The notes beneath the pieces are model-generated. The model was given only the letters and a program-made list of their open reading frames with translations. It searched no databases and had not been told where the DNA came from. From an uncultured delta proteobacterium (lineage in GTDB: Bacteria > Desulfobacterota > RBG-13-43-22), in the NCBI GenBank assembly GCA_963790475.1, contig CAWBOS010000010.1, positions 1,824,001 to 1,888,000 of the forward strand: a DNA stretch of 64,000 nucleotides, in the 5' to 3' direction. Below, piece by piece: positions 20,893 through 31,247 of the stretch. Each line of letters opens with the position of its first letter. Positions within the stretch are counted from its first letter, which is position 1. The position numbers and the translations under genes are program-made.

Positions 20893-21515
20893 GTCACCAG
20901 ACCTCCGGCAAAGCCGGAGGCTTGAAATTGTGAACCGCTCAAAGCGGATTATTTATTGACCACCTGAGGGTGGTTCTTCATCGAACAAAAGGAGTTGATC
21001 GAGACGTTGATCTTCCTTTTCTTGAGTCTTTATATATAACCGTGTTTCATCTTCGTCTTTGCCCACGGTTGAAACAAAATAACCCCGAGCCCAAAAATTC
21101 TGGCCACTGAAATTCTTTCTTCGCCCCAAATAGGCTCGGGCTACTTGAATGGCGCTTTTGCCTTTGAGATACCCAACTACTTGCGAAACAGCATATTTCG
21201 GAGGTATCGAGATTAAAATGTGGACATGGTCCGGTTGTAAATGCCCTTCGATAATCGTACATTCACGCTGGATGGCCAAGTCCTTGAATAGCGCCCCTAA
21301 ATATTTTCGTACTTGCCCGTATAATTTTTTCTTCCGATACTTCGGTATCCAGACAATATGGTATTTGCATTCCCACTTCGTATGGGTTAAACTTTGTTCC
21401 TTTTTCATGGAAAGCCTCCTCCTCTGTAAACTTGAGCGGTTCACAGGTTGGAGGCTTTCTTATTCTCCCGGAATTGTCAAACTCTGGGAGTCCCCCGGCC
21501 GAGCCGGGGGTTTAC
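20893..21515 (-). mobile_element. IS200/IS605-family insertion sequence (tnpA only)
   Basis: Subterminal hairpins CCTCCGGCAAAGCCGGAGG and CCCCCGGCCGAGCCGGGGG flanking tnpA; exact ends inferred (TTAG|GTAAA ... GTGAC on minus strand). Confidence 0.85.
20953..21408 (-). CDS. tnpA: HUH (Y1) transposase TnpA
   Basis: KYHIVWIPKYR, DHVHIL (HUH), LKGKSA, FWARGYFVSTVG, YI. Confidence 0.95.
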   Translation of the reverse strand: MKKEQSLTHTKWECKYHIVWIPKYRKKKLYGQVRKYLGALFKDLAIQRECTIIEGHLQPDHVHILISIPPKYAVSQVVGYLKGKSAIQVARAYLGRRKNFSGQNFWARGYFVSTVGKDEDETRLYIKTQEKEDQRLDQLLLFDEEPPSGGQ

Positions 21516-21586
21516 CTAAAAGAAATTAAAATATAATTGAATAATAGTATTTTTATTTTTCATGGCCTTTTGGAAAAAGCTTTCAT

Positions 21587-21662
21587 AAATCCCTCCCAAC
21601 CTCCCTTTTCCAAAGGGAGGGGTAAAGCTTCCCCCATTGTAAAGGGGGATTGAGGGGGATTT
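21587..21662. repeat. C-run/G-run palindromic REP-like element (related copies at 25049-25159, 28111-28142, 31343-31387)
   Basis: AATCCCTCCCAACCTCCCTTT..AAAGGGAGG...AAAGGGGGATTGAGGGGGATT. Confidence 0.7.
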
Positions 21663-21686
21663 GGATTTTTAATTTCAATTAGGTAA

Positions 21687-22253
21687 CTATTTATGACAAA
21701 CGAAACAAGCATTACTAGCACCTTTCTTCTCATGACAAGTCTCACAGGTTTTCATACTCATCACTTCAGGGGCATAACCGGAAATCCATTTAAAATGGTA
21801 AGGCGGATTTTTTTCCGTCTTACCGCCCACAGATTTATGACAGGCCGTGCACTCCAATTTTGCCATCTTGGTATGAGCAGCGTGAGAGAAAAAGACATTA
21901 TCCGGCTGTTGGGAATAGATGAGCCAGGGGATGTTCTTCCTTTCCTTTTTCAGCTTTTCGGCCAGTTTGATAAAATCGGCTTCCGCCTTCGAACTTCCAA
22001 TAGCCGACTCATGACATTCCAGGCATTTAGTCAGGTTTGGGACACCGGCAAAACTCCCATCCCCTCTGAAGGCATGACAATCCTGACAGGTCAAAGAGGC
22101 CTCTTGCCCATGTTTCAGATGACTGAAACGAACCGGCTGTTCTTTGTTGGAATGGATAAGCACGGGAAAAATAGCCCAGCCTAAAATGAGTGAGGCGATC
22201 ACCCCAATCCAAAAAAACATCCACTTGTTTTTTGTTTTACCTTCGTTTTTCAT
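21687..22253 (-). CDS. qrcA: Membrane-anchored multiheme cytochrome c of menaquinone reductase
   Basis: N-terminal TM helix; five CxxCH (CQDCH, CLECH, CTACH, CETCH, CFVCH); QPDNVFFSHAAH. Confidence 0.88.
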   Translation of the reverse strand: MKNEGKTKNKWMFFWIGVIASLILGWAIFPVLIHSNKEQPVRFSHLKHGQEASLTCQDCHAFRGDGSFAGVPNLTKCLECHESAIGSSKAEADFIKLAEKLKKERKNIPWLIYSQQPDNVFFSHAAHTKMAKLECTACHKSVGGKTEKNPPYHFKWISGYAPEVMSMKTCETCHEKKGASNACFVCHK

Positions 22254-22319
22254 ACGCCCCGCCTTGACCTGAATATCAACGAATAAACAGTGCAATCCTA
22301 TCGATTTTTCTTCTCTTTT

Positions 22320-22772
22320 TTATTTTTTGTCAAGTAAATATTTTTGATGTTTTTCAAAGGCATTCAAGATAACTCGTTCTGTTTCCTGGGGAAGATTCAT
22401 ACTATTCAGAGAGACAACCGGGAAAAATCCGGCATCCGCCGCATCACTTTGAGCTTTCAGTTGTCCGCCTTTCACCCTACACCAATAATCCAGTAAAACA
22501 TAATGGTAGAGAATTCTACCTTGTGGGTCGGGGATGATCCGTTCAAAGATCTCGACCAGATCGAGGACCTCGACCAGTATACCGGTTTCTTCCTCGATCT
22601 CCCGTTGGATGGCCGTCTTTACGGTTTCTCCAACATCAACCGCACCTCCGGGGATACTCCATTTACCAAACCCGGGTTCTTTTCCTCTTTTAACCAATAG
22701 GACCTTATCGTCCTGGAAAACAATCCCTCCCACTCCAACCCAGGGCCGATCCGGATAAGAACGTTCATTCAT
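22320..22772 (-). CDS. NUDIX hydrolase
   Basis: Nudix box PGGAVDVGETVKTAIQREIEEETG. Confidence 0.92.
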   Translation of the reverse strand: MNERSYPDRPWVGVGGIVFQDDKVLLVKRGKEPGFGKWSIPGGAVDVGETVKTAIQREIEEETGILVEVLDLVEIFERIIPDPQGRILYHYVLLDYWCRVKGGQLKAQSDAADAGFFPVVSLNSMNLPQETERVILNAFEKHQKYLLDKK

Positions 22773-23003
22773 GACCGCTCACCTGTTTTTTCTCTTGACT
22801 ATCCCTTCGAGTCTATTTTATATTCTTTATCATGCAGAAGCAATTGATTGTCAAATAACAAATAAAGAAAAATTCTCGAATATTTCCCTTCCAGCGCATC
22901 AACAGCAAATGCGATATCAATGGTCAAAGGCTTAAGTGTATTTTTTTGAAAGGGCTCGTTAAGAGGAACAAAAAATAAAAACACACTTACAAAGGGGGAT
23001 GAC

Positions 23004-24122
23004 ATGAAGAAGAAGAAAATGGAAGAATCAGGAATTAATCGAAGAAATTTTCTAAAGCTCTCTGCCGCCTTGGGGGCGGCCGCAACCTTGACTGGGGTTC
23101 CGGCTCTCACTGGCGAGGCTGCTTCCAAAAAGATGACTATCAAGCCCTTTAAGCAGGGGATGATCAACACCGCCTTGGGGCCCATCTCCCCGGACAAGTT
23201 GGGGACCACGTTGATGCATGAACATTTTGTCTTCGGCTATCCGGGCTGGTATGCCGATGATACCATTGCTCCTTTTGACTTTGGGAAGTATCTAAAAGAA
23301 GATCTCGGGGAGATAAAAACCGCCCAGAGTTACGGCATTAAGACCATCGTCGATGCCACACCCAATGACTGTGGGCGTCATCCGGAATTGTATATAGCCC
23401 TGGCCAAAAAAACGGGGCTCAACATTATCTGCTCCACGGGGTTGTATACCAATTCAGAGGGAGCCCCGGCCTATTTCACGACCAGGGCCTGGACGGGCGT
23501 GGATCTTCCCAAGATGATGTCCGAAATCTTTATTAAAGAGATTACCGAGGGCATCGGCAAAAGCGGAATGAGGGCTGGGGTCCTCAAGGTCGCCACCAGT
23601 CCCAAGATGACCCCCCATGAAGAAAATATGCACAAGGCCGCGGCGGTTACCCAGATGGCTACAGGGGTGCCGATCATTACCCACACCGAAGGTCCGCTTC
23701 CTGGAGTGGCCCAGGCCGAATTCCTTCTTAAGCAAGGCGCCGATCCTAAAAAGACCATGATCGGCCACGTCTCCAATTCCAAGGATATCGAATATCACAA
23801 GGCCATTCTGGCCAAGGGCGTCTATATTGCTTTCGACCGGATCGGCCTGGACATCATTACTCCCACGGAGGTCAACGTTAAGAATGTGGCCGATTTATGT
23901 AAATTGGGCTTTACCGAGAAGATCATGCTCTCCCACGACACGGTGAACTGGCTGGGCCGTCCGCCCATTTGGCCGGCGGAGGCCAAAGCGGGATTTGCCA
24001 ACTGGCGCATCGACCATATCTCCAAGGATGTTATTCCGGCCCTCAAAGCCCAGGGCGTAACCGATGAGCAGATAAAAGTCATGATGGTAGAGAATCCCAA
24101 AAGACTTTTCATGGGGGCTTAG
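23004..24122 (+). CDS. Tat-exported phosphotriesterase-related protein / lactonase
   Basis: NRRNFLK; TLMHEH; VLKVA; ITHT; IGH; MLSHD. Confidence 0.85.
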   Translation: MKKKKMEESGINRRNFLKLSAALGAAATLTGVPALTGEAASKKMTIKPFKQGMINTALGPISPDKLGTTLMHEHFVFGYPGWYADDTIAPFDFGKYLKEDLGEIKTAQSYGIKTIVDATPNDCGRHPELYIALAKKTGLNIICSTGLYTNSEGAPAYFTTRAWTGVDLPKMMSEIFIKEITEGIGKSGMRAGVLKVATSPKMTPHEENMHKAAAVTQMATGVPIITHTEGPLPGVAQAEFLLKQGADPKKTMIGHVSNSKDIEYHKAILAKGVYIAFDRIGLDIITPTEVNVKNVADLCKLGFTEKIMLSHDTVNWLGRPPIWPAEAKAGFANWRIDHISKDVIPALKAQGVTDEQIKVMMVENPKRLFMGA

Positions 24123-24244
24123 AATATCTATAATACCGGTCGTCGTTTAGCTTTCGGCGTTCGCAGTTCAACTAAAACAATTCTTAAGGTGGTGTATTGC
24201 CTGCCTCTGGCAGGAATGAAAATTGAGTAGGGACTTGCAAATCA

Positions 24245-24299
24245 GGGGATATCGGTTTCAAGACACCTAAAACTTGGAGAACCGGTATCCCCTTTTTTA
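24245..24299 (+). terminator. Intrinsic terminator-like hairpin
   Basis: GGGGATATCGGTT...AACCGGTATCCCC followed by a T run. Confidence 0.55.
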
Positions 24300-24379
24300 T
24301 TTTTTGAAAAGACATAACTAAGAAGGAAAACCGGGGCTGGATTTATTTATAACTCTCAACCATAATAAAAAAATTCCCT

Positions 24380-25030
24380 TTACGGTTTACAGATACGGCA
24401 AGGGCTGTATCCTTGCCAATAAGCCTCTTTTTTTGACTGGAAAATAATCAGATTCTTAGGGGCAATATTTTCCCCTAAAGAGCAGTCCAGACGATGAAAC
24501 CTTCGGGTATGGACTTGTCCTCGATAGTTTTCATCGCTCTCTTTAAGGGCTTTGGTCCATATTCCCCGAAAATCCTTAATAGCCCCCCTTTGTAATTGCA
24601 GTAATTCATCGAATCGCTCCATCCAAGGTCCATGATACAAGACCTTCGCCAGACCTTGCCTTACCAGCTCTCCGTTGACGAACAACCCATTTTCCAAAAA
24701 GACATAGGCTAATAGCCGGTCATATCTATCCCGTCTTTCCGGACCATACACCAACCGGACTTCTTTTTTCAAAACCAGCCGGCGATTCAATTGCCTAGAC
24801 TCCTGGGCTAAAAATTCAGCTGGTTCTTTCCCCTCTCTTTCCGGGGCGTCAATCCCCAAATAGCGGACCCGTTGTCCACCGGAGATGATAATGGTGTCCC
24901 CATCGATCACCCCGTCCACACGAATCGAATCGGCGGAGAAGACTTGAAAGGGAAACAACCCGAAAGAAAGGAATAAGATTAAATAAATAGAAATGAGAGG
25001 AGGATATTTTTTCAAGTTTTTACAGACCAA
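24380..25030 (-). CDS. Exported thermonuclease (SNase) with C-terminal Ada-type metal-binding domain
   Basis: VIDGDTI, VRYLGIDAPE, DRYDRLLAYV; FHRLDC...GYSPCRICKP. Confidence 0.88.
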   Translation of the reverse strand: MVCKNLKKYPPLISIYLILFLSFGLFPFQVFSADSIRVDGVIDGDTIIISGGQRVRYLGIDAPEREGKEPAEFLAQESRQLNRRLVLKKEVRLVYGPERRDRYDRLLAYVFLENGLFVNGELVRQGLAKVLYHGPWMERFDELLQLQRGAIKDFRGIWTKALKESDENYRGQVHTRRFHRLDCSLGENIAPKNLIIFQSKKEAYWQGYSPCRICKP

Positions 25031-25177
25031 ATAAAAAAAGTGATATCACCCCCACCCTAACCATCCCCCCTTGCGGCCGGCGACGAGCCCTTCGACAAGC
25101 TCTGGGCCTTGAGTATATCGAAAAGGCTCAGCCGAGCCGGGGAGGGGAGGGAGGGGGGTAAACATAAATTAATGCGT

Positions 25178-26110
25178 CTATGCTATCTGGCCACGAAAGT
25201 AATCAATCGTCTGGCGAAGCCCTTCATCTACTTCTACTCGGGGCTTCCATTTCAGATATTTTTTGGCCAGAGAAATATCAGGTTTTCGTTGGACAGGATC
25301 ATCTTGAGGCAGAGGATTGTGAATAATCGCAGACTTAGAGCCGGTCAGGGCCTTCACTTTTTCGGCCAGAGCCAGGATGGTAAATTCTTTGGGGTTTCCC
25401 AAATTGACGGGTCCGATAGTCTCATCTTGTTCCATCATGGCGATCAACCCTCGAACCATATCGGAGATAAAACAAAAAGACCGGGTCTGCTGCCCTTGAC
25501 CGTAGACAGTCAGGGACTGACCCCGCAGGGCTTGAACAATAAAATTACTGACCACCCGGCCATCATTAACGGCCATCCGGGGACCATAGGTATTGAAGAT
25601 CCGGGCGATACGGATATCCACCCCATGCTGACGGTGATAGTCCATCATCAGGGTTTCGGCTACCCGTTTCCCTTCATCATAGCAGCCTCTGGGGCCGATA
25701 CAATTAACGTTTCCCCAGTAGGTTTCCTTTTGGGGATGAATCGATGGATCACCGTAAACCTCCGAGGTGGAGGCTTGGAGAATACGGGCCTTAACCCGTT
25801 TGGCCAGGCCCAGCATATTCAAAGTACCCATGACATTGGTCTTAACGGTTTTGACCGGATTGAACTGATAATGGACCGGAGAGGCAGGACAGGCCAGGTT
25901 GTATATCTCATCCACTTCCAAAGTGATAGGGTTGATGAGGTCATGCCGGATGATTTCAAAATGCGGATTGTCCCTGAGATGCAGGATATTTTCTTTGGCG
26001 CCGGTAAAAAAATTATCGATACACACCACATCATGTCCCCGGTTCAATAAGGTCTCACAAAGATGGCTGCCGATAAACCCGGCCCCTCCGGTAATCAGAA
26101 TTTTTTTCAT
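25178..26110 (-). CDS. UDP-glucuronic acid decarboxylase (SDR epimerase family)
   Basis: [39 protein letters not shown]. Confidence 0.92.
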   Translation of the reverse strand: MKKILITGGAGFIGSHLCETLLNRGHDVVCIDNFFTGAKENILHLRDNPHFEIIRHDLINPITLEVDEIYNLACPASPVHYQFNPVKTVKTNVMGTLNMLGLAKRVKARILQASTSEVYGDPSIHPQKETYWGNVNCIGPRGCYDEGKRVAETLMMDYHRQHGVDIRIARIFNTYGPRMAVNDGRVVSNFIVQALRGQSLTVYGQGQQTRSFCFISDMVRGLIAMMEQDETIGPVNLGNPKEFTILALAEKVKALTGSKSAIIHNPLPQDDPVQRKPDISLAKKYLKWKPRVEVDEGLRQTIDYFRGQIA

Positions 26111-26256
26111 TTTAGCCCCCTTTTATTATAATTTCATGTAAGTTATGTCATGGGCTCTATTTTTTGTCAAGCCATGGTTCGATTTTTTTAAGCTTTACCC
26201 AAGACTTGTATTATGTTATTGAGATAAAAAAATGTTTTTTCAAAATGATGTTTAGG

Positions 26257-26613
26257 ATGGAGGGTGCTCTGGCTGGAAAAATTTTGTTTCCGGAGATGAT
26301 CGAGAAACTCCCGGATATCGGCATACCTTTTCACGGGGTCAGAGGAAAATTATTTCAGGGACAGGGGATGCAGGCTGTTTTTTTCACTACAGATGGCCCG
26401 GGGGAGATTCCAGTTCATCACCACCAGGCTCAATGGGGGGTCATGCTGGAGGGGGAAGTGGAATTAACCGTGGGGGGTAAAACACAAACCATCCGTCGCG
26501 GCGATTCCTATTACATCCCAACCGGGGCTATCCATTCCATACACGTCTTATCGCCGATGAAGGCTTTGGATTTTTTTGATGAACCAAGCCGATATAAACC
26601 TAAAACCAAATAA
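26257..26613 (+). CDS. Cupin domain protein (start uncertain)
   Basis: PVHHHQAQWG...GDSYYIPTGAIH, DFFDEPSRY. Confidence 0.8.
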   Translation: MEGALAGKILFPEMIEKLPDIGIPFHGVRGKLFQGQGMQAVFFTTDGPGEIPVHHHQAQWGVMLEGEVELTVGGKTQTIRRGDSYYIPTGAIHSIHVLSPMKALDFFDEPSRYKPKTK

Positions 26614-26798
26614 ATGAATTATGTAAGTTGCCGACTGATCGAAATCATTCAGATCTAAGGCGACTATTTTCCAAGGGGTTGAAAGTACAAAGAAACGCGC
26701 CGCAGTAACCCTGCCCCGGTGGAATCCGAAGGGGATGATGATAATTCCGCTTGGGGCGGGAAAGATGGGTGATTTCATCAGTCTGTCAGGAGAAAAAA

Positions 26799-27980
26799 AT
26801 GGCCATCTCACAAAAGATAAAAGAAAAAATGGAAAAAGGCTCCTTTATTCGAAAAATGTTTGAGGAAGGGGATAAACTCAAGGCCAAACACGGCCAGGAA
26901 AACGTTTTTGATTTCAGTTTGGGGAACCCCAATCTGGATCCGCCCGAGAGAGTTAACCGGAGATTGATTGAAATCCTGAATCAGCCCGTTCCAGCCCTTC
27001 ACGGCTATATGTCCAATGCCGGGTATCCGGAAACCCGCAGGGCCGTGGCGGATTTCTTATCTCGGGAACATGGCTTGTCCTTTAAGGAACAGGATGTGGT
27101 TATGACCTGTGGGGCAGCAGGAGCCTTGAATGCCGTTTTAAAAGCCTTGATCGAGCCGGGAGAGGAAATTATCATTTTGGCCCCTTATTTCGTCGAGTAT
27201 CTTTTTTATACCGATAATGTCCAGGGAGTTCCCGTGGTGGTCCCCACCAGGCCGGATTTCTCACTCGATGTCAAGGCCATTGAGCAGGCTTTGACCACCA
27301 GGACTAAAGCCGTGTTGATTAATTCTCCAAACAATCCCACCGGAAAAGTCTATGATGAAAAATCCCTCAGGCAATTGGGGGACCTTTTAAACCGGATCAA
27401 TCGAGAACAGGGGCAGGTGATTTATTTGCTTGGCGACGAACCTTATCGGAAAATCGTTTATGATCAAATCCAGGTGCCCAGCATCTTTCAGGCCTGCCGG
27501 CAAAGCATCAGTGTCACCTCTTATTCCAAAGACCTTTCCCTGCCGGGAGAACGAATCGGTTATCTGGCGGTCCATCCCCAGATCTCTGAGAAAGAAGAAT
27601 TGCTGGCCGCCTGCTCCTTTACCAACCGCATCCTGGGCTTTGTCAACGCCCCGGCCCTGATGCAGCGGCTTCTACCAGAGGTTCAAGGTTTAACCGTAGA
27701 CGTTAAAAAATACAGAAAAAAAAGGGATATTTTCTATCGGGGCCTTTCTCAGATAGGTTATCAACTCACCAAACCTGAGGGGGCCTTTTATCTTTTTCCC
27801 CGTTCTCCCATCCCGGATGACGTTGCTTTTGTTCAGGCCCTGCAGGAAGAATTGATTCTTGTCGTACCAGGTATGGGTTTTGGAGCCCCGGGTTACTTCC
27901 GGATTGCTTATTGCTCTCCGGATGCCACTATCGAAAAATCATTGGCCGGGTTTGAAAAAGTATTCAAAAAATTTTCTTAG
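26799..27980 (+). CDS. PLP-dependent class I/II (aspartate-type) aminotransferase
   Basis: FDFSLGNP, NSPNNPTG, DEPYR, SYSKDLSLPGERIG. Confidence 0.92.
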   Translation: MAISQKIKEKMEKGSFIRKMFEEGDKLKAKHGQENVFDFSLGNPNLDPPERVNRRLIEILNQPVPALHGYMSNAGYPETRRAVADFLSREHGLSFKEQDVVMTCGAAGALNAVLKALIEPGEEIIILAPYFVEYLFYTDNVQGVPVVVPTRPDFSLDVKAIEQALTTRTKAVLINSPNNPTGKVYDEKSLRQLGDLLNRINREQGQVIYLLGDEPYRKIVYDQIQVPSIFQACRQSISVTSYSKDLSLPGERIGYLAVHPQISEKEELLAACSFTNRILGFVNAPALMQRLLPEVQGLTVDVKKYRKKRDIFYRGLSQIGYQLTKPEGAFYLFPRSPIPDDVAFVQALQEELILVVPGMGFGAPGYFRIAYCSPDATIEKSLAGFEKVFKKFS

Positions 27981-28145
27981 AAAAATTGACGAAAACGGGT
28001 CACGAGAGAGAACAGACGAAATAAATATCAAACAAAGTCTACCTTTAGCTTATCATCTGATGGTTTATAAAAATATTACAATTAGTTGTTTTAGCATTAA
28101 AATCATCCGCTATCCTCCCTTTGATAAGGGGGAGGACAGGGGAAC

Positions 28146-29202
28146 ATGGTGAATACAGTCGCTATCGCCTTAAGCGGGGGAATTGACAGCGCCCTTTCCG
28201 CCTATCTCTTAAAAAAGGAAGGCCACCGGGTCATAGGTCTCCATGCCGACTTCGGATTTTCCCCGGAACCCGCCCTCCCCTGGCTGGAAAAAATAACCGC
28301 CTTCTTGAAGATCCCCCTGGAAGTTATTTCCCTAAAAGAGATTTTTCAAAAAAGGGTAGTGGATTATTTTATCTCCGAATATGCCCTGGGACGGACCCCC
28401 AATCCTTGTGTGGTCTGCAATCCCCTTGTCAAGTTTGATCTGCTGTACCAGAAAGGATTGAGCCTAGGGGCCGACTTTTTTGCCACCGGGCATTATGCCC
28501 GAATTGTCCAAGCCCCCTGGGGGGAGGGATTGCTCATTGCCAGAGGACTGGACAACACTAAGGATCAATCCTATTTTTTACACAGAGTTAGGCAGTCAAA
28601 ACCTTAAGCGAATTCTATTCCCTTTGGGCCCCTGGACTAAAAACCACGTTCGGGGCATGGCCCGGGAAATCGGTCTTCCGGTGAACCCCAAAGGGGAAAG
28701 TCAGGATATCTGTTTCCTGCCCAAGGGAGGCTACCGGGAGTTTCTGCTTAAACATATCCCTTCCAAACTTATCCGGTCCGGGGAAATTGTGGACATCCAG
28801 GGAAGAAAGCTGGGGACCCATCAAGGACTGTTCGCTTATACCATCGGACAAAGAAGAGGACTGGGTTTGCCGGCAGCAGAACCCTATTATGTAATCCGTC
28901 TGGAACCTGATCTCAACCGATTGGTCATTGGCGGAAAGAAGGATTTGGAATCTTCGGGTTGTCTCCTTTCCGATGTCTATTTCATATCCCGCCCTCCTGA
29001 AATCGACGGCTTGGAGATCATGGTCCAGGTCCGATATCGGCACAAAGCGGCTAAGGCCCGATTACACGTCGGAGAAGGTCAGGGGCTGGAGATCCATTTT
29101 CAAAATCCGCAAAATGCGGTTACTCCAGGTCAGGCCGCGGTCATCTATTGGGAGGATAAAGTTCTGGGAGGGGGCTGGATTGAAACCACCTGGAAAGAGT
29201 AA
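28146..29202 (+). CDS. mnmA: tRNA 2-thiouridylase MnmA (apparent frameshift near 28597)
   Basis: SGGIDS, TPNPCVVCN, ATGHYA, KDQSYFL | ESQDICF, YTIGQRRGL, AVTPGQ. Confidence 0.92.
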
Positions 29203-30511
29203 TCCTTTAAAGGTAGCGATACACACCCTGGGCTGTAAAGTCAACCAGTTTGAATCCGCCTGCCTGCAGGAGCGATTTCAGTCCCAGGGATGGGAAACGG
29301 TGTCCTTTAAGGAAGAGGCCGATCTTTATATCATCAACAGTTGCGCGGTTACCGCCGAGGCCCAGAGGCAATCGGCTCAGATGGTCAGGAAGGCCGTTCG
29401 GGACCATCCACAATCCAGGGTCATAGCTGCCGGATGTGCCGGCCAGCTCTTTCCCGAGGAATTCGAAAAGATCCCCGGGTTGAATTATGTGATCGGCCAT
29501 TTCAATAAACTGCAAATCCCTGATCTGCCGGCCTCACCGGAAAAGACAAAGACCTGCCGAACGATCCTGCTGCCGCAAGCCGAACAGCCTCTCGAAGCGC
29601 GCTTTCCTTTGCCCGGTAAAAAAACGAGGGCCTTTTTGCGCATTCAGGACGGCTGTAACGCCCATTGCAGTTACTGTCTGGTCCCCAGAGCCAGGGGGCG
29701 ATCCAGAAGCCTGCCCGTGGAAGAAGTAATTTCCGGGGTAACACTATTAAATGACCGGGGCGTCAAGGAACTGGTCCTGAGCGGCATCCACCTGGGGCAA
29801 TACGGGGCAGACCTTTCCCCGGCCGCCACCTTGGCTTCTCTTTTAGAAATCCTTCTTCAAAAACATCCTCATCTCTATTTCAGGATAAGTTCGCTGGAAC
29901 CCCGGGAGGTCACCCCTGCCCTGCTTGACCTGATTAAGGAATTCCCCAACTTGTGCCCCCATCTCCATATCCCCTTACAGTCCGGAGCTGATTCCATCCT
30001 GCAAAAAATGAATCGCAACTATTCGGTGGATTTCTATCGTCATTTGATTCAGACGATCCACCGGAAAATTCCCCTGGCTGCGATCGGGGCCGATCTGATC
30101 GTCGGCTTTCCAGGGGAAAGGGAAATCCAATTCCAGGAAACCATAAACTTTTTGTCGGAAATCCCTTTATCCTACCTCCACATCTTTCCTTTTTCCCCCC
30201 GTCCTGGAACCCCGGCAGCCGGATTTCCCGATCCGGTCCCGGAGAAAACAAAAAAAGAACACCTGCGGATCATCCGGGACATTGACCGCCGGAAGAGAGA
30301 ATCATTTAACCGCCGCTGTCTGACCCATGACTTTTCTGCCCTTGTCCTGCAACCCGCCAAAGAAAAAGGATGGACCCAAGTCCTGACAGAAAATTACCTG
30401 ACCGTTTCTATCCCCGGAAGGCTTAAAAGGAACGAGCGGATCCGGGTCCTACTGAAGACCCTGGATCCCGCCGGTCTGAAGGGAGAATATATCCTTAGTC
30501 AGGTTTATTGA
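29180..30511 (+). CDS. mtaB: tRNA t6A37 methylthiotransferase MtaB (start approximate)
   Basis: TLGCKVNQFES, IQDGCNAHCSYC radical-SAM motif, HIPLQSG, FSPRPGT. Confidence 0.92.
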   Translation: MKPPGKSNPLKVAIHTLGCKVNQFESACLQERFQSQGWETVSFKEEADLYIINSCAVTAEAQRQSAQMVRKAVRDHPQSRVIAAGCAGQLFPEEFEKIPGLNYVIGHFNKLQIPDLPASPEKTKTCRTILLPQAEQPLEARFPLPGKKTRAFLRIQDGCNAHCSYCLVPRARGRSRSLPVEEVISGVTLLNDRGVKELVLSGIHLGQYGADLSPAATLASLLEILLQKHPHLYFRISSLEPREVTPALLDLIKEFPNLCPHLHIPLQSGADSILQKMNRNYSVDFYRHLIQTIHRKIPLAAIGADLIVGFPGEREIQFQETINFLSEIPLSYLHIFPFSPRPGTPAAGFPDPVPEKTKKEHLRIIRDIDRRKRESFNRRCLTHDFSALVLQPAKEKGWTQVLTENYLTVSIPGRLKRNERIRVLLKTLDPAGLKGEYILSQVY

Positions 30512-30635
30512 ACTTGTTTGCCTGCCGCTGGGCCGGCGTGATGCAGGCGGATAATATCCTTGACTACTCTTTATCGTCTATTTTATATTCGTTTCATCCT
30601 AAGGAGCATTCTGATTAAAATTGAAGGGGGAGATT

Positions 30636-31247
30636 ATGAAAAGGGAATGGATGAAGGTAGCCTCTTTGTCGGTCTTGGTGCTTTTTGCCTGCAGTTGTGC
30701 CTCCATGTCCAAAAAAGAAATAAAATCGGAGAAGGAGAGTGCCGAGGATTATTATCACAAAGGCATGAAGGAGTATAAGGAAGGGGACTATGAAGACGCC
30801 ACGGTTGCCTTTAAAAAGGCTGTTGAGATAGACGGTAAATACTTTAAAGCCTACTACGCCCTGGGTCAGTCCTACGAAAAGCGGAACAAGACTAAGGAAG
30901 CGGAAGAGGCCTATGAGGATGCCCTTAAGATTGACCCCAAATCCCTGCCTGTCAGGGAGGCTCTGGGGCTGAATTATTTTCACCAGAAAAAAAATGGCGA
31001 GGCGGAAAAGCATTTAAAAGAGGCCAGAGCCCTCGGCAGCAAAAAAGCAGAAGTTTATTACTGTTTGGGAGAAATCGAGCAGAGGGAACACTCCTGCAAA
31101 ACAGCCATAGTCGCCTTTAAACAGGCCTTAAAGCTGAACCCGGATTATATGGTGGCGCGCAACGGTCTTAAAGCCGCTGAAGAAGCCTGTAGGCAGAGGC
31201 AGCAGCCTTCTCCCGTTCCGCAACAGAGGTCCATCCAGCCGAAATAA
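30636..31247 (+). CDS. TPR-repeat lipoprotein
   Basis: Lipoprotein-type signal (LFACSC), about 4 TPR repeats. Confidence 0.8.
   Translation: MKREWMKVASLSVLVLFACSCASMSKKEIKSEKESAEDYYHKGMKEYKEGDYEDATVAFKKAVEIDGKYFKAYYALGQSYEKRNKTKEAEEAYEDALKIDPKSLPVREALGLNYFHQKKNGEAEKHLKEARALGSKKAEVYYCLGEIEQREHSCKTAIVAFKQALKLNPDYMVARNGLKAAEEACRQRQQPSPVPQQRSIQPK

Noticed and set aside
16448-22253. Alternative complex III (Act) or Nrf/Psr operon
   Set aside because: Four-gene order and subunit motifs fit QrcABCD; no ActD/E/F-like genes follow.
25109-26050. 313-aa plus-strand ORF
   Set aside because: Antisense shadow of the UDP-glucuronate decarboxylase gene; no motifs.
26712-26758. Riboswitch upstream of the aminotransferase
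   Set aside because: A single GCCCCGGTGGAAT...ATTCCGCTTGGGGC hairpin, more like a dispersed palindromic repeat; no aptamer consensus.
22795-30589. Similar promoters at 22795 and 30560 (TTGACT-N18-TATATT, both with GTCTATTT)
   Set aside because: Only two copies before unrelated genes, in AT-rich sequence; could be chance.
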